A stretch of 64,000 nucleotides of DNA from positions 17,553 through 81,552 of the forward strand of contig OY969907.1 of assembly GCA_963704425.1 (NCBI GenBank), given 5' to 3'. Source of the stretch: an uncultured Acidimicrobiaceae bacterium. GTDB lineage: Bacteria > Actinomycetota > Acidimicrobiia > Acidimicrobiales > RAAP-2. Under the pieces are notes generated by a model. That model saw only the letters and a list, made by a program, of their open reading frames with translations, ran no database searches and had not been told where the DNA came from. Every line of letters starts with the position of its first letter. Position 1 is the first letter of the stretch. Position numbers and translations under genes: made by a program. Shown one piece after another: positions 47,042 to 59,059 of this stretch.

Positions 47042-48039
47042 GCGACAACGAGAAACTCCTCGTCGTGAAGGATCTGCACACCACGTTCGCCACGCCCTCC
47101 GGCCCCCTGGCGGCCGTCGGTGGCGTCTCCTTTGAACTGGGCAACAACGAGACGCTCGGTATCGTGGGCGAGTCCGGCTCCGGCAAGACCGTCCTGTCAC
47201 GCACCATCATGGGTCTCCAGCCACGCCTCAACGTCGAGGTCACGGGTTCGGTCCTCTTGAACGGCTTCGAAGTGGTCGGGGCCAGTGAGAAGGAGAAGCG
47301 TTCAATCTGGGGCCTCGAAGTCGCCATGATCTTCCAAGATCCGATGACCTCGCTCAACCCCGTTATGCGTATCGGCAAACAGATCGACGAGATTCTGCGC
47401 GTGCGACTGGGCATGGACCGCTCGGCCGCCAAAGCTCGCGCCATAGAACTGCTTGAGTTAGTGGGTATCCCCTCGCCCGTCGAACGCTACAAGGTCTTCC
47501 CGGGAGAACTTTCCGGCGGTATGCGTCAGCGCGTGGTTATCGCTACGGCCCTGGCCGGCTCGCCCCAGTTGCTCATGGCCGACGAGCCCACCACGGGCCT
47601 CGACGTCACGATCCAGGCCCAGATCCTCAACCTGCTGGAAACCGTCAAAGACCAGATGAAGATGTCCGTCGTTCTAGTGACCCACGACCTCGGAGTGGTC
47701 GCTACGCGCACGTCGAGAATCATCGTCATGTACGCCGGTCGGATCGTCGAGATCGGATCGACGCGCGAAGTCTTTCGTCGCCATCGCATGCCGTACACCC
47801 GCGCACTGTTAGATGGTTCGCCCAAGGTCTCGAACCCCTCGCACACGCGTCTGCTGGCCATTCCCGGACGACCGCCCAATCTGCTCGACCTGCCCCCGGG
47901 CTGCGCCTTCGCGCCGCGCTGCGCGTACGCCACGGACATCTGTCGGGTGCAGCGACCAGAACTGGAGCCGGCCGAGGAGTCGGGCCACGCGTTCGCGTGT
48001 TGGAATCCCCTCCCGGTAGCCGAAGGAGTTCCGGCGTGA
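47038..48039 (+). CDS. Peptide ABC transporter ATPase (DppD)
   Basis: GESGSGKT, LSGGMRQR, GCAFAPRC. Confidence 0.93.
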   Translation: MSDNEKLLVVKDLHTTFATPSGPLAAVGGVSFELGNNETLGIVGESGSGKTVLSRTIMGLQPRLNVEVTGSVLLNGFEVVGASEKEKRSIWGLEVAMIFQDPMTSLNPVMRIGKQIDEILRVRLGMDRSAAKARAIELLELVGIPSPVERYKVFPGELSGGMRQRVVIATALAGSPQLLMADEPTTGLDVTIQAQILNLLETVKDQMKMSVVLVTHDLGVVATRTSRIIVMYAGRIVEIGSTREVFRRHRMPYTRALLDGSPKVSNPSHTRLLAIPGRPPNLLDLPPGCAFAPRCAYATDICRVQRPELEPAEESGHAFACWNPLPVAEGVPA

Positions 48040-49028
48040 GCGATCGACAGCCACTCCTTAAGGTGCGTGACCTCACCGTCACGTTCGGTCATCACCACAA
48101 AAAACTGAGTGCGGTCGCCGGCGTCAGTTTCGACATCTTTGAGGGCGAGACCCTGGGGCTGGTCGGTGAGTCGGGGTGCGGGAAATCCACCACCGGCCGG
48201 GCCCTCATGCGCATCGTCGAACCCTCGAGTGGCTCGATCCAACTCGAAGGCACCGAACTCACCACCACCAACGGGAAAACCCTGCGCAACTTGCGCACCC
48301 GTATGCAGATGATCTTCCAGGATCCCATTAGTTCCTTGAACCCCCGGCGTCGGGTCAAGGACATCGTGGCCGAGCCCCTCGACTGTTGGAAGTCGCTTCA
48401 GGGTGAGGAGCGTGACGCCCTGGTCAACGACCTACTCCTCAAAGTGGGCATCGACCCAGAGATCTACGGCAATCGCTATGCGCGGCAGTTCTCGGGTGGA
48501 CAGTGTCAACGAATATCCATCGCCCGCTCCCTCGCCATGCGGCCCAAACTGCTGATCTGCGACGAGATGGTCTCCGCCCTCGACGTGTCGGTGCAAGCTC
48601 AGATACTGAACCTTCTTGAGGACTTGAAAGTGGAGTACGGCCTGACACTCCTCTTCATCGCCCACGACCTCGCCGTAGTGAAGAACGTCTCGGATCGTGT
48701 GGCCGTCATGTACCTGGGCAAGATCTGCGAGATCGGACCAGCGGACACTCTCTACGTCGATCCCGAGCACCCGTACACCAAGTTCCTGCTGGGCGCGGCG
48801 CTCGAGGCCGACCCCGACTCGCCGATGCACGGCGACGTCCTCGCGGGGGAACCACCGAGCCCGATGGATCCACCGAGTGGCTGTCGTTTCCGTACACGAT
48901 GTCCTATCGCGACCGAGAAGTGCGCCAACGAGGAGCCGCAACTAGTGGAGATCGTGACCGGCCACCAAGTGGCCTGTCACTACCCGCTCTCGACCCTCAC
49001 CCGTAGGGAGCCAGCCGCACAGGTCTGA
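48036..49028 (+). CDS. Peptide ABC transporter ATPase (DppF)
   Basis: GESGCGKST, FSGGQCQR, GCRFRTRC. Confidence 0.93.
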   Translation: MSDRQPLLKVRDLTVTFGHHHKKLSAVAGVSFDIFEGETLGLVGESGCGKSTTGRALMRIVEPSSGSIQLEGTELTTTNGKTLRNLRTRMQMIFQDPISSLNPRRRVKDIVAEPLDCWKSLQGEERDALVNDLLLKVGIDPEIYGNRYARQFSGGQCQRISIARSLAMRPKLLICDEMVSALDVSVQAQILNLLEDLKVEYGLTLLFIAHDLAVVKNVSDRVAVMYLGKICEIGPADTLYVDPEHPYTKFLLGAALEADPDSPMHGDVLAGEPPSPMDPPSGCRFRTRCPIATEKCANEEPQLVEIVTGHQVACHYPLSTLTRREPAAQV

Positions 49029-49712
49029 TCCTTCAGCAACGCCCAACGTGTTTCGAGTTCGGGTGAAGCCCTCACAGCCAGGCGAGAAGATCTCCGTTGG
49101 TGATCTTGAACCCTTGCACGCCGAGAAGCATGTCTCGACGCGAGGTGAGTTCTGGGGACGAAGCAGGCGAGTAGACCGCCACTTCAGCGCAGATGTTCTC
49201 GTTGCCCTGCACTGAAGTGGCCAGTCCCTGCCGCTCGGAATGGAACGAGCGAGCAGTTACCCGTACTGCAGAAGAGCGAAGCGACGGAGTTATTGAACCC
49301 TCCCCCGCCGCCTCACCCATCGACTACCCCGTGAACGTGAAAGCCGGGTCGATTCGGGGACCACGAGCGGCGTTCGTACGAGAAGAGAAAGGGTTGGAAA
49401 GTAGCGCTCACGAATACGTTTTTATCGACGAGTTGATGTCTCGGCGCAACCCACATCGCCGGCTCGATCGCCGAGGCAGCCGAATTTTTTGTGTTCGCAA
49501 GAACGGGCACTGATCTCTCCAGTTGCCCCTGCTGCCCTTGCGCCGTTCAGCATCTCAGGTTCCTCGCCCACGTGTCAAATCCAAGTGACTCCGTTGTGAG
49601 TCCGTTGCTGTTGGGGAGTAGGAAACACCCTGATCAGAAGTCGTTACGACGCCACTCACTCTCAGGAGAGGTGGCTGAAGCAATGATGCGGTTCGCGATT
49701 TCTTCGCGTGAA

Positions 49713-51101
49713 CTACTCGGCGGGAGTGTCGCTGCCAGCGTCGAGTTCCGCGGGGGCTTCGGTGACGTCAACCACGTCGGCGTCGTTGGCGTCGGGAGCC
49801 TTCGTCGCCACTTCCGTGGCGTACTCGGCCCACGCGGCCTGCGCTTCGGTCTCCGGGGTGAACTCGCCGTACTCGATGGAGCCGATGTAGTTACCCTCGG
49901 CGTCGTAGGCGTGTGACCCAAAGGCCTCGCGGTACTCCTCGGAGACCTCGCCACCTTCTGCCGCCTGCTTGATCGAGAGGCTGATGCGACGACGAGCGGT
50001 GTCGAGTTCGATGATCTTGACCCAGAGCTCTTCGCCCGCGGTGACGACCTGGTCGGGAGACTCGACGTGGTGCGCGGCCATCTCCGAGATGTGCACGAGA
50101 CCCTCAATGCCCTCGCCCACTTGGATGAACGCACCGAAGGGCACCAACTTGGTGACGCGGCCATAGACCAGCTGGTCGACGGCGTGGCTGTCGGCGAAGA
50201 CCTGCCAGGGGTCGGACTGGGTGGCCTTCAGCGAGAGCGAGATGCGCTCCTTCGAGAAGTCGACGTCGAGAACCTCGACGTCGACTTCGTCACCCACGGC
50301 CACTACTTGGCTCGGGTGATCGATGTGCTTCCAGCAGAGCTCGGAGACGTGAATCAGTCCGTCCATGCCCCCCAGGTCCACGAAGGCACCGAAGTTGACG
50401 ACCGAGCTGATGACACCGTGACGGCGCTCGCCCGGCTTCAGGTTGGAGAGGAAGTCGCCGCGCTGTTCTTTCTGCGTCTCTTCGAGCCAGGCGCGACGCG
50501 AGAGCACCACGTTGTTGCGGTTGCGGTCGAACTCAATGATCTTGGCCTCGACGGTCTTGCCGATGTAGGGCTGCAGTTCGCGCACGCGGCGCAGTTCGAC
50601 GAGGGACGCGGGCAGGAAGCCACGCAGGCCGATGTCGACGATGAGCCCACCCTTGACGACCTCGATGACGACACCCTTGACGACTTCGTCGCGGTTCTTC
50701 AGCTCTTCGATGTTGGCCCAGGCCTTCTCGTACTGAGCGCGCTTCTTCGAAAGGACCAGTCGGCCTTCTTTGTCCTCTTTCTGGAGAACCAGGCACTCGA
50801 CGCGCTCACCCAAGGAGACGATCTCCGAGGGGTCGACGTCGTTGCGGATGGAGAGCTCGCGCGAGGGGATGACACCCTCGGACTTAAAGCCAATGTCGAG
50901 CAGGACTTCGTCGTGGTCGATCTTGACGACCGTGCCGACGACGAGGTCGCCGTCTTCGAACTCAAGGACGCTGTCGCCGACCGAGGCGGCGAGGTCCGTG
51001 CCGACTAAGTCGTCTTCGGTGATGACGCGCGGAATGTAGTTTCCGTTTTCATCGAAGGTACCCATTTGCTGGGTGGAGAGGAGGCTGGTGCCGTCCGTCA
51101 T
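49713..51101 (-). CDS. rpsA: 30S ribosomal protein S1
   Basis: Four S1 domains; DIGLRGFLPASLVE, GLVHISE. Confidence 0.97.
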   Translation of the reverse strand: MTDGTSLLSTQQMGTFDENGNYIPRVITEDDLVGTDLAASVGDSVLEFEDGDLVVGTVVKIDHDEVLLDIGFKSEGVIPSRELSIRNDVDPSEIVSLGERVECLVLQKEDKEGRLVLSKKRAQYEKAWANIEELKNRDEVVKGVVIEVVKGGLIVDIGLRGFLPASLVELRRVRELQPYIGKTVEAKIIEFDRNRNNVVLSRRAWLEETQKEQRGDFLSNLKPGERRHGVISSVVNFGAFVDLGGMDGLIHVSELCWKHIDHPSQVVAVGDEVDVEVLDVDFSKERISLSLKATQSDPWQVFADSHAVDQLVYGRVTKLVPFGAFIQVGEGIEGLVHISEMAAHHVESPDQVVTAGEELWVKIIELDTARRRISLSIKQAAEGGEVSEEYREAFGSHAYDAEGNYIGSIEYGEFTPETEAQAAWAEYATEVATKAPDANDADVVDVTEAPAELDAGSDTPAE

Positions 51102-51198
51102 GGGGTACTACTTTCGTGTGACCACAACCGGGGTCTAACTAGTCAATAGGGGCTGGGTCGCCGGTGTTAACCCAGCGTAACAACTCTAGCATCCGACT

Positions 51199-53835
51199 TT
51201 AGCCCTTGGCCGCGGCCCAGTTCTCGCCCCAGTTGAGCGACACTTCGAAGGGAACGGAGAGCGACGGCCGCGTTCATCAACGCGTCGATCATGATCGCGC
51301 TCACGCTTCTTTCTCCTCGGGCGGCGCCTCGACCACCACTTCGTCGTGCACTTGGAGGATGAGACGGGCCTGGAGTCCTTCGCCGCGCTGAGGGCGTCGG
51401 TCCAGTCGCACGAGGGCCGACTTAAAGATGTCGGCCGCTAGACCCTGAATGCCCGCGTTCATGGCTTGACGCTCGATGGCCTGGCGCTGCGGGCCGACCG
51501 CGTTCTGCAGGTCCGGGAACGGACGAACGCGACCAAACTCCGTGCGCGAGAAGCCGTCGATTGCGAATCTGCTTCACGATGCGTCGAGGTACTCGCGCAG
51601 GCTCGGAAAACCCTCGAAGTAGCGATTCATGATCTCTCTGGCCGCACTGACCTGGGTCCGAGGCGCCGGCTGAGGCCAAAGGCCTCCATGCCATAGACCA
51701 GACCGTAGGAGACGGCTTTGGCCTGTTCGCGCTGTTCGTTGGTGACCTCGTCGGGCTCGACGCCAAAGACCGAGCGCCGCGATCGTGCGGTGCACGTCTT
51801 CGTTCGCGCCGAACGCGCGCAGCAGTCCTTGGTCCTGGGAGAGGTGGGCCAAGATCCGCAGCTCGATCTGGTTGTAGTCCGAGACGGCGAGCAACCACCC
51901 CTCGGTGGGTACGAAGGCGTAGCGCAGACGACGACCATCGAAGGAGCGCACGGGAATGTTGTGCAGGTTCGGTTTATCCGAGGACAGACGACCGGTGCGC
52001 GCGACCACCTGGGTGAACATCGCGTGGATGCGCCCGTCGTCACCGACCGTGTCAATAAGGGGCGCGCCGTAGGTGCCGCGCAAGCTTCTCTATTTCGCGA
52101 TATCGCAGGATCAGAGGGACGATGCGGTGCTCGTCTTCGATCGCTTCGAGGCTCCCGGCGTCGGTGGAGTACCCCGACTTGATTTTTTTCACCGCGGTGA
52201 GACCGAGCTCTTCGAAGAGCACTACCTGTAGTTGCTGGGGGGAGTTGACTTTGAACTCGTGCCCGGCGACTTGTTGAATCTCCGCGTCGAGTTCCTGCGT
52301 CTCGGTCGTGAACTCCTCGGCGATGGTGCGCAGCAGCGGCGACGTCCACCCGGATGCCTCGACCCTCCATGCGGCCCAGCACCGCGACGAGGGGCAGTTC
52401 GACCTCTTCGTAAATTCGCTCCAGTTCCCAGCGCTCGATCTCGGCGCGCAGGACGTCACGAAGGCGGCCCACCTGTTGCACGTCATGAATCAGGGTGTCG
52501 TCACTCGACTCACTGAAGAGCGAGGGACGAGTGTCTTCGTTGATCTCTCCGAGAAAGCGTGACGCCACGTCGGCCAGGTCGTAACGCCCGCTGATCGAGT
52601 CGATCAAGAAAGGCCATGATCGACGTGTCATCCGCGGGGTCGCTCAGGGCGACACCCGATCTCGTCGGCGACCCGGTACAGACCTTTGACGTCGTGTCCG
52701 GCGAAGGGCCGACCGGCCACGCCGCGCAAGAACTCCTTCACTTCAAAGACGCCGAGCGCGAGTGAACTCGTGTTGAATCCGGCCACGCGCTCGTCGTTGA
52801 AGGCAACCAGTGGGGCGACCGGGCCGGCGAAGATCTGGTCGAGGGTCGCTCCGCCCTTGGGCGCTGGCGTTGGCGTCGCCGCGCGCGAAGGCGCGGCCAC
52901 GGGCTTAGTGATCTCGCCCACCCCCTCGCCGAGGAGCCCGTCCTGCATGAGTTTGCCCATGCGCGCGCGCAGCGAGTTCATCTCGTAGCGCTCGAAGAAG
53001 CCGTTCACTTCTTGTCGGTTCCAGCCCCCGAGGGTGATGTCGTCCAACGTGAAGTCGAGAGGCACGTCGCGCACCAGACGCATCACCCTTTCGTTGTTGC
53101 GGGCCCGCTCTTCGAAGGTCGCGAGGTTCTCGCGCAGCTTCGGCGTCAAGGCGTCGAGGTGCGCGTAGAGGTCGTCGAAGTCGCGGTACTGGGCGAAGAG
53201 TTTCGCCGCCGTCTTCTCGCCCACCCCCGGGACCCCGGGCAGGTTGTCGGACGTGTCACCGCGCAGCGCGGCGAGCAAGGGGTACCGGGCCGCTTCGATG
53301 CCGCAGCGCTCCAAGATCCCCGCCTCGTCGTAGAGCGAGTAGTCCGAGACGCCCGCGGCGGTTGTAGAGGACCTTGACGAAGGGGTCTTCCACGAGTTGG
53401 AAGGTGTCGCGGTCGCCCGAGACCACGACGACCGGGAATGGAGGCGTCACGTCCCCACGACGCCAGGGTCGCCAAAACGTCATCCGCTTCGAAGTGTTCG
53501 ACCCCGAGAACGGGGATGTGCAGGGTCTCGCACATGGTGCGAATCAGGTCGAACTGATGCTCGATCTCGGGCGGCGTGGCGGCCCGACCGCCTTTGTAGT
53601 CCTCGGTGAGTCGCGTCGCGAAAGGTGCCCCCGGCGAGGTCGAAGGCCACCGCGAGCGCGCGGGGATTCTGGGTGCCGACGAGGGAGACCAGCATGGAGG
53701 CGAAACCGTGAAGCGCGTTGGTGACGAGACCCGAGGAGGTTTGAATGTCGATGGGCAGGGCGAAGAAGGCGCGAAAGGCGAGCGACATGCCGTCGAACAG
53801 CACGAGCGGCCGCCGGTCGATCGGTCTTCAGCCAA
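51199..53835 (-). CDS. polA: DNA polymerase I (many apparent frameshifts; start approximate)
   Basis: [61 protein letters not shown]. Confidence 0.93.
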
Positions 53836-54401
53836 CGAACTCGCCCTTAAGAATCTGCTGGGCGACGTCGCGCATGCGCGTGCGCGCGCGCATGGCGGAC
53901 TGTTGAATGACTTCAAACGCTGCCGGCTCGTCCAGTCCGCGCTCGGCCATCAGAACTTCCTTCGCGCGTTGGACGATCTCGCGCGTCTCGATCTTGTCGT
54001 CGGCGCTCGGGGCGTCGTGGGTGACGAGCGGCTCACTGGCGGCGGGGTTCAAGATGGCGGCCAACTTGGGCAAGATCTCGCTCTGCGAAAGGGCTTCACC
54101 AGGTACGCCGCCACGCCCGGCGTCGCGCGCGCTCTCGATCAGGGTGCGTTGACTAAAGGCGGTCAGCAGCACGACGATCGTGTCGACCGCCTTTGAGCGC
54201 CTGAGCGACTTCGATGCCGTCGAGTCCGGGCATCTTGATGTCGAGCAGCGCCAGGTCGGGTTGGTGCTCTTTGATCATGGCCAGCGCGTCATCACCCCGC
54301 GCCGCCTCGCCCACCACGAGATAGCCGTCCCCTTCGAGGATCTCCTTCAGATCGAGGCGAATGATCGACTCGTCGTCGGCAATGACTACGCGCTTATCCA
54401 T
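53828..54401 (-). CDS. ANTAR-domain response regulator (PdtaR-like; apparent frameshifts)
   Basis: IADDESIIRLDL, LDIKMP, QRAKEVLM..GLDEPAAF. Confidence 0.88.
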
Positions 54402-54698
54402 TTTCGTCCTTCGGTGTCCACTCGCGTAGAAGTTCGTCTCGCTGAGCCACAATTCACGCACTTCGCCGAGGCGACGCTTCATCTCGGCGTTGGCGACCAT
54501 GACGTGGCGAGCAGAGTCGTCGTACTCTTTTGACTGCAAGGGGGTCTCGGAGACCAGGGCGCGAATCCGGGCGTCGTCAAGGGCGTCGTTCCACACCGCG
54601 ACCTGTTCTTCCAGCACGCCCAGGCTCTCGCGGGCCTGCGCCAACTGACGTTGGAGGTCCTCTAAACGGCGCTTTAGCAGCCGAGATCCCATGGGCAC
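54394..54698 (-). CDS. Hypothetical coiled-coil protein
   Basis: ARIRALVSETPL; apparently fused to the downstream gene by a frameshift. Confidence 0.6.
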
Positions 54699-54747
54699 AG
54701 TCTACGGCTCGCCTGTTCGCACCACCGTTAGGGCGGTGCGCCTCGCT

Positions 54748-55778
54748 CTAACAACCACGCCGATGGTTCAAGGCCAAAACTGGTCGATGTCGACGAGACT
54801 TCTTCGTCACCGTTCGCGAGGTCGACGTCGCCCACGTCGCTCGGTTCCTCGATGGCTGTTGCGGGCCAGCACGCGATGGACGTGGCGGGCGTAGGGAGAC
54901 TCGAAGAACCCGCCCAGGTAGACCTTCAGGCCGAGCGCGCGAGCGCGCTCGATGATCGTACGCGCGTTGGCGAGCCCCCCGACGCGCGCGGGTTTCACGC
55001 ACAGCATCGTGGCCGCGTCGATAGCGAACGATCTGAGCGAGTCGCTGCAGTGACCGCACTCCTTCGTCGAGGCTGAGATCCACCCCAGGCGTGCCGCGAG
55101 ACGCGCGTGATCGACGACGTTGCCCACGGCGAAGGGCTGCTCCACCGCCGCAACTTCACAGACTCGACGAGCCTGTTCCACCTGGGCGAGCACCTCGTCG
55201 TCACCGACTGAGCCGAGCAGTTGAAGTCGAGCACGACCGGTACCTCGAAGTGTGGCCAAGCGCTCGAGCGCCACGCTACCGAGCGACCCGGGGGCGGTCT
55301 TCACGCGCACGCGTCGCGCCGTCGCATCGATATGCCACGAGGTGTCGTCCAACAAGGAGACGAGACCGTTGACATGATCGGCGTCGCGAACCGCGGCGGC
55401 CAGAGATCTGCCGACGTGAGACGATCGTCGCGACGCAGTTCGCGGTCCAAGACGGCCATCTCGACCAGCGCCGAGGCCACGCGACGTGATCGGGGGTTTC
55501 GTTGCCGAGGCGCGCCACGCGGCTCCACGAGGGAGCGCGCCCTCGCGCGCAACGAACCTCACTCGAGCTGAACGAGTGCCGCGCCGATAGCGTCGCGAAC
55601 CGTCGTCACATTCCGGGATCGCCGTTCAGCGATGCGGCTGAGGGACACCTCGCCGAAGCCCACGACGCCCGTCGTGCTCGAGTCGAAGAAAGAGTCGCGT
55701 GCGCTCGCGTGCGTCTGCTCGGCTCGCGCGAATGCGGCGTGGCAGCACGACGTCCTGTCGGAACAGCGTCGCCTTCAT
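54748..55778 (-). CDS. menC: Enolase-superfamily protein, o-succinylbenzoate synthase-like (apparent frameshifts)
   Basis: HASRADARERTRLFL, RVKTAPG, LDFNCS, VEQPF, VKPARVGG; men genes nearby. Confidence 0.7.
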
Positions 55779-55819
55779 CACCGCCACGTCTACGGTATAC
55801 TGGTACCGTGGTCGCCGCA

Positions 55820-55903
55820 GCCCGGATGGCGGAATTGGCAGACGCGGAGGCCTCAAAAGCCTTTACTCGAGAGGGTGTGTGGGTTCGAGTCCCACTCCGG
55901 GCA
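55820..55903 (+). tRNA. tRNA-Leu(CAA)
   Basis: GCCCGGA/TCCGGGC acceptor stem, GAGGC-CTCAAAA-GCCTT anticodon arm, GTGGG-TTCGAGT-CCCAC; CCA not encoded. Confidence 0.95.
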
Positions 55904-55920
55904 CTGTTACCTTGGGAACC

Positions 55921-56856
55921 ATGGCTGACGATGCAGCGACGCTGCCCTTTCGCGACGACGTCGTCGCGCTCTTTCCGGGGCAAGGCTCGCTCAGCGGCGG
56001 CGCCGGCGCGGCCTGGCGCAACTCGCGCCACTGGACCATGGTCGAACGCGTCAGCGAGATCTCGGGAGTCGACGTCGCCGCATCTGCTGCTCGACGCGAG
56101 CGACGACGACGTCGTGCGCACCGATCGCGCGCAACTCGCCACCTTCGCCCTCTCGCTCGTCGGGTATCACGAACTGCTCGATCTCGGGGTGCGACCTCGC
56201 TACCTGCTGGGCCACAGTCTGGGTGAGTTCTCCGCCCTGGTGGCCTCGGGTCTGCTGTCACTCGAAGAAGGCGCGCGGCTCATCACCGTGCGAGGCGCGG
56301 CCATGGCTCGCGCCGCCGCGCAGCGCGAGGGCTCGATGGTCGCCGTCATGGGCGGTGACGACGATGCGCGCGAGGCCCTCGAGAGCCTCGACGACGTGTG
56401 GATCGCCAACATCAACGGCACCGGGCAGATCGTGGTGAGCGGTACGCGCGAGGGACTCGACGACCTACTCGGCACGCCACCGTGAGCTCGGGTGGCGGCG
56501 CGCGACGCCCCTAGCCGTCGGCGGAGCGTTTCACTCACCTCTGATGGCCCAGCCCAAGAGGAGCTCGACCGAGCCCTAGAGCACACCCGCTGGGGCACGA
56601 CCGAGGCGGTGCTGATCGCCAACGTCGACGGCGAGGTCCACGTCGAGGCCGACGAGTGGCGCGAGCTGTTGTCGACGCCAACTCACGTCGCCCGTGCAGT
56701 TCCTCGACGCGACGCTCGCTCTGCCCGACACGGTGTCAGACGACCATCGAGATGCCGCCCAGCGGCGTGCTTACCGGGCTCACCAAACGAATCCGCCCCT
56801 TCGAGGCGCAGTTCGCCCCGACTACCCTCGAGGAGTTACAGGAGATCGCCCTATGA
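55921..56856 (+). CDS. fabD: Malonyl-CoA:ACP transacylase (apparent frameshifts)
   Basis: LFPGQGS, GHSLGE, ANINGTGQIVVSG. Confidence 0.9.
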
Positions 56857-57560
56857 GTCGCCACGTCATCGTCACCGGAGCCAGTCGCGGTATCGGCGCC
56901 GCCATCGCCGAGTACTTCGTCGCCGACGGGCGACACCGTCGTCGCTTTCTCGCGCTCGGGCCGAGGCTCCGCCGGGGTGCGCCAAGTCCTTCGCCGTGGA
57001 CGTCGCTGACTCTTCGTCAGTCAACGACGCCGTCAAGGCCGCCGTCGAGGAGTTCGGACCCGTCGAAGTGGCCGTCGTCAACGCCGGCGTCACCCGGGAC
57101 GGACTGGCGATGAGAATGTCCGACGAGCAGTGGCGCGACGTGCTGTCGACCAACCTCGACGGCGCCTTCTTCACTGCGCGCGGCCACCATGGCCTCCATG
57201 GTGCGCGCGCGCAAAGGCTCGATCATCTTCATCGGCTCGATCTCACCTTTCATGGGCGTGCCCGGACAGGCCAACTACGCCGCCGCCAAGGCCGGACTGG
57301 TCGGTCTGGCCCGAGCCCTCGCCAAGGAGGTGGCCTCTCGATCGGTCACGGTGAACGTGGTGGCTCCCGGCCTCATCGACACCGACATGACCACCGAACT
57401 CGGCGCCGCGCGCGATTCGATGTTCGCGATGATTCCCCTTGGTCACGTCGGCCAGCCCTCCGATATCGCTGGCGTTGTCGGGTTCCTCGCCAGTAACCAC
57501 GCTCGCTACATCACCGGCGCGGTGTTACCCGTCGATGGAGGCCTCGCGCTCGGCCTCTAG
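56853..57560 (+). CDS. fabG: 3-oxoacyl-ACP reductase (apparent frameshifts)
   Basis: VTGASRGIG, NAGVTRDGL, NYAAAK, VAPGLIDTDMT. Confidence 0.92.
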
Positions 57561-57619
57561 TGGCATCGTGGCGCAAGGTCATTGGGTACGATGGAACGAC
57601 AGATTAAAGGGGTAGCACC

Positions 57620-57859
57620 ATGGATCGCAACGAAGCCTTAGCGAAATTCACCGAGGACACCGTAGAAGTTCTCGCCGTCGACCCGTCACAGGTCACGCTC
57701 GAGGCGTCCTTCGGCGACGACCTCGGAGCGGACAGCCTCGACCTCGTCGAACTCGTCATGGCGCTCGAGGAGACGTTCGACATCGAAGTCGCCGAAGATG
57801 AACTCAAAGAGATCAAAACCGTCGGCGAGGCCTTCGAACTGATCTACGCCAAGCTGTAG
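57620..57859 (+). CDS. acpP: Acyl carrier protein
   Basis: DLGADSLDLVELVM. Confidence 0.95.
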   Translation: MDRNEALAKFTEDTVEVLAVDPSQVTLEASFGDDLGADSLDLVELVMALEETFDIEVAEDELKEIKTVGEAFELIYAKL

Positions 57860-59059
57860 TGCGCGTCGCGGTTACTCCCTCGGGACCCCTTCAGGGTCGC
57901 CGAGTAGCGGTCACGGGACTCGGCGCCATCACCTGCGCCGGTCTGGGCGTGGACGCTCTTGTGGAACGCCCTCATGCAGTCGCACGCCCCCGAGTCCAAG
58001 TTCGTCGCACCCTTTGACGCCTCGCACATTGGCGGTCCCAAAGAACTGCGCCGGCTCGACCCTTTTGCCCTCTACACCTTGATGGCCGCCGACGAGGCCT
58101 GGCGCCAAAGCGGCCTCGAGGGTCCGCTCGAAGACGCCGGCAGCATCGTCACGACGGGCATCGGCGGCCTTCAGACCACCCTCGAACAGGACGCCGTTCT
58201 CACCTTGAAAGGGCCCGACCGCGTCTCACCTTTTCTCGTACCCATGATGATGCCCAACGCCGCGACCGCGGCGGTGTCGATGCGCTTCGGACTCGGCGGG
58301 CCGTGCGAAACGGTGACCACCGCGTGCGCCGCGGGTACGCACGCCATTGGTAACGCCGCCCGGCTGATCGCCTCGGGCCGCTGCGACGTGGCCGTGGCCG
58401 GAGGTGCCGAGGCGGTGATCGTGGAGATCGCCATCGCCGGCTTCAGCAACATGACCGCGCTCTCCTCCACTAACTTTTCTCGTCCCTTTGACGTCGAGCG
58501 CGACGGCTTCGTGATGGGCGAGGGAGCGGGCGTTTTGATTCTCGAAGAGTGGGACCACGCCCTCGAGCGTGGCGCCACGATTCTGGCCGAAGTGATCGGT
58601 GCGGCCTCGACCGCCGACGCACACCACATCACGGCCCCTGATCCCAAGGGCAACGGCGCGGTGCGCTGCATGAATCTGGCTCTAGCGGACGCCGAACTGA
58701 CTCCGGGGGACGTGTCACACATCAACGCCCACGGCACGTCCACGCCTCTCAACGACCTGGCCGAGTCCGTCGCCGTGCACAAAGTCTTCGGTGACGATGC
58801 TCCCGTCACCACGTCAATCAAAGGCCATCTGGGTCACTCCCTCGGTGCCGCGGGCGCCCTAGAAGGTGTGGCGTCAGTTCTGACTCTTCAGAATCAACTC
58901 ATTCCCCCGACGGCCGGCACGACCGTGGTGGACCCCGAGATCGCCCTCGACGTCGTCATCGGCGAGCCCCGTGAAGCAAAGGTCGACGTGATCCTCTCCA
59001 ACTCCTTTGGCTTTGGCGGACACAACGGCAGCGTGATCTTTCGACGAGTCAACGCCTAG
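57859..59059 (+). CDS. fabF: 3-oxoacyl-ACP synthase II (N-terminal frameshift)
   Basis: TACAAG, NAHGTST, KGHLGHSLGAAG, SNSFGFGGHN. Confidence 0.95.

Noticed and set aside
49029-49712. 680-bp gap between dppF and rpsA with short minus-strand ORFs
   Set aside because: Could be a decayed gene, but I recognise no family, repeat or RNA structure.
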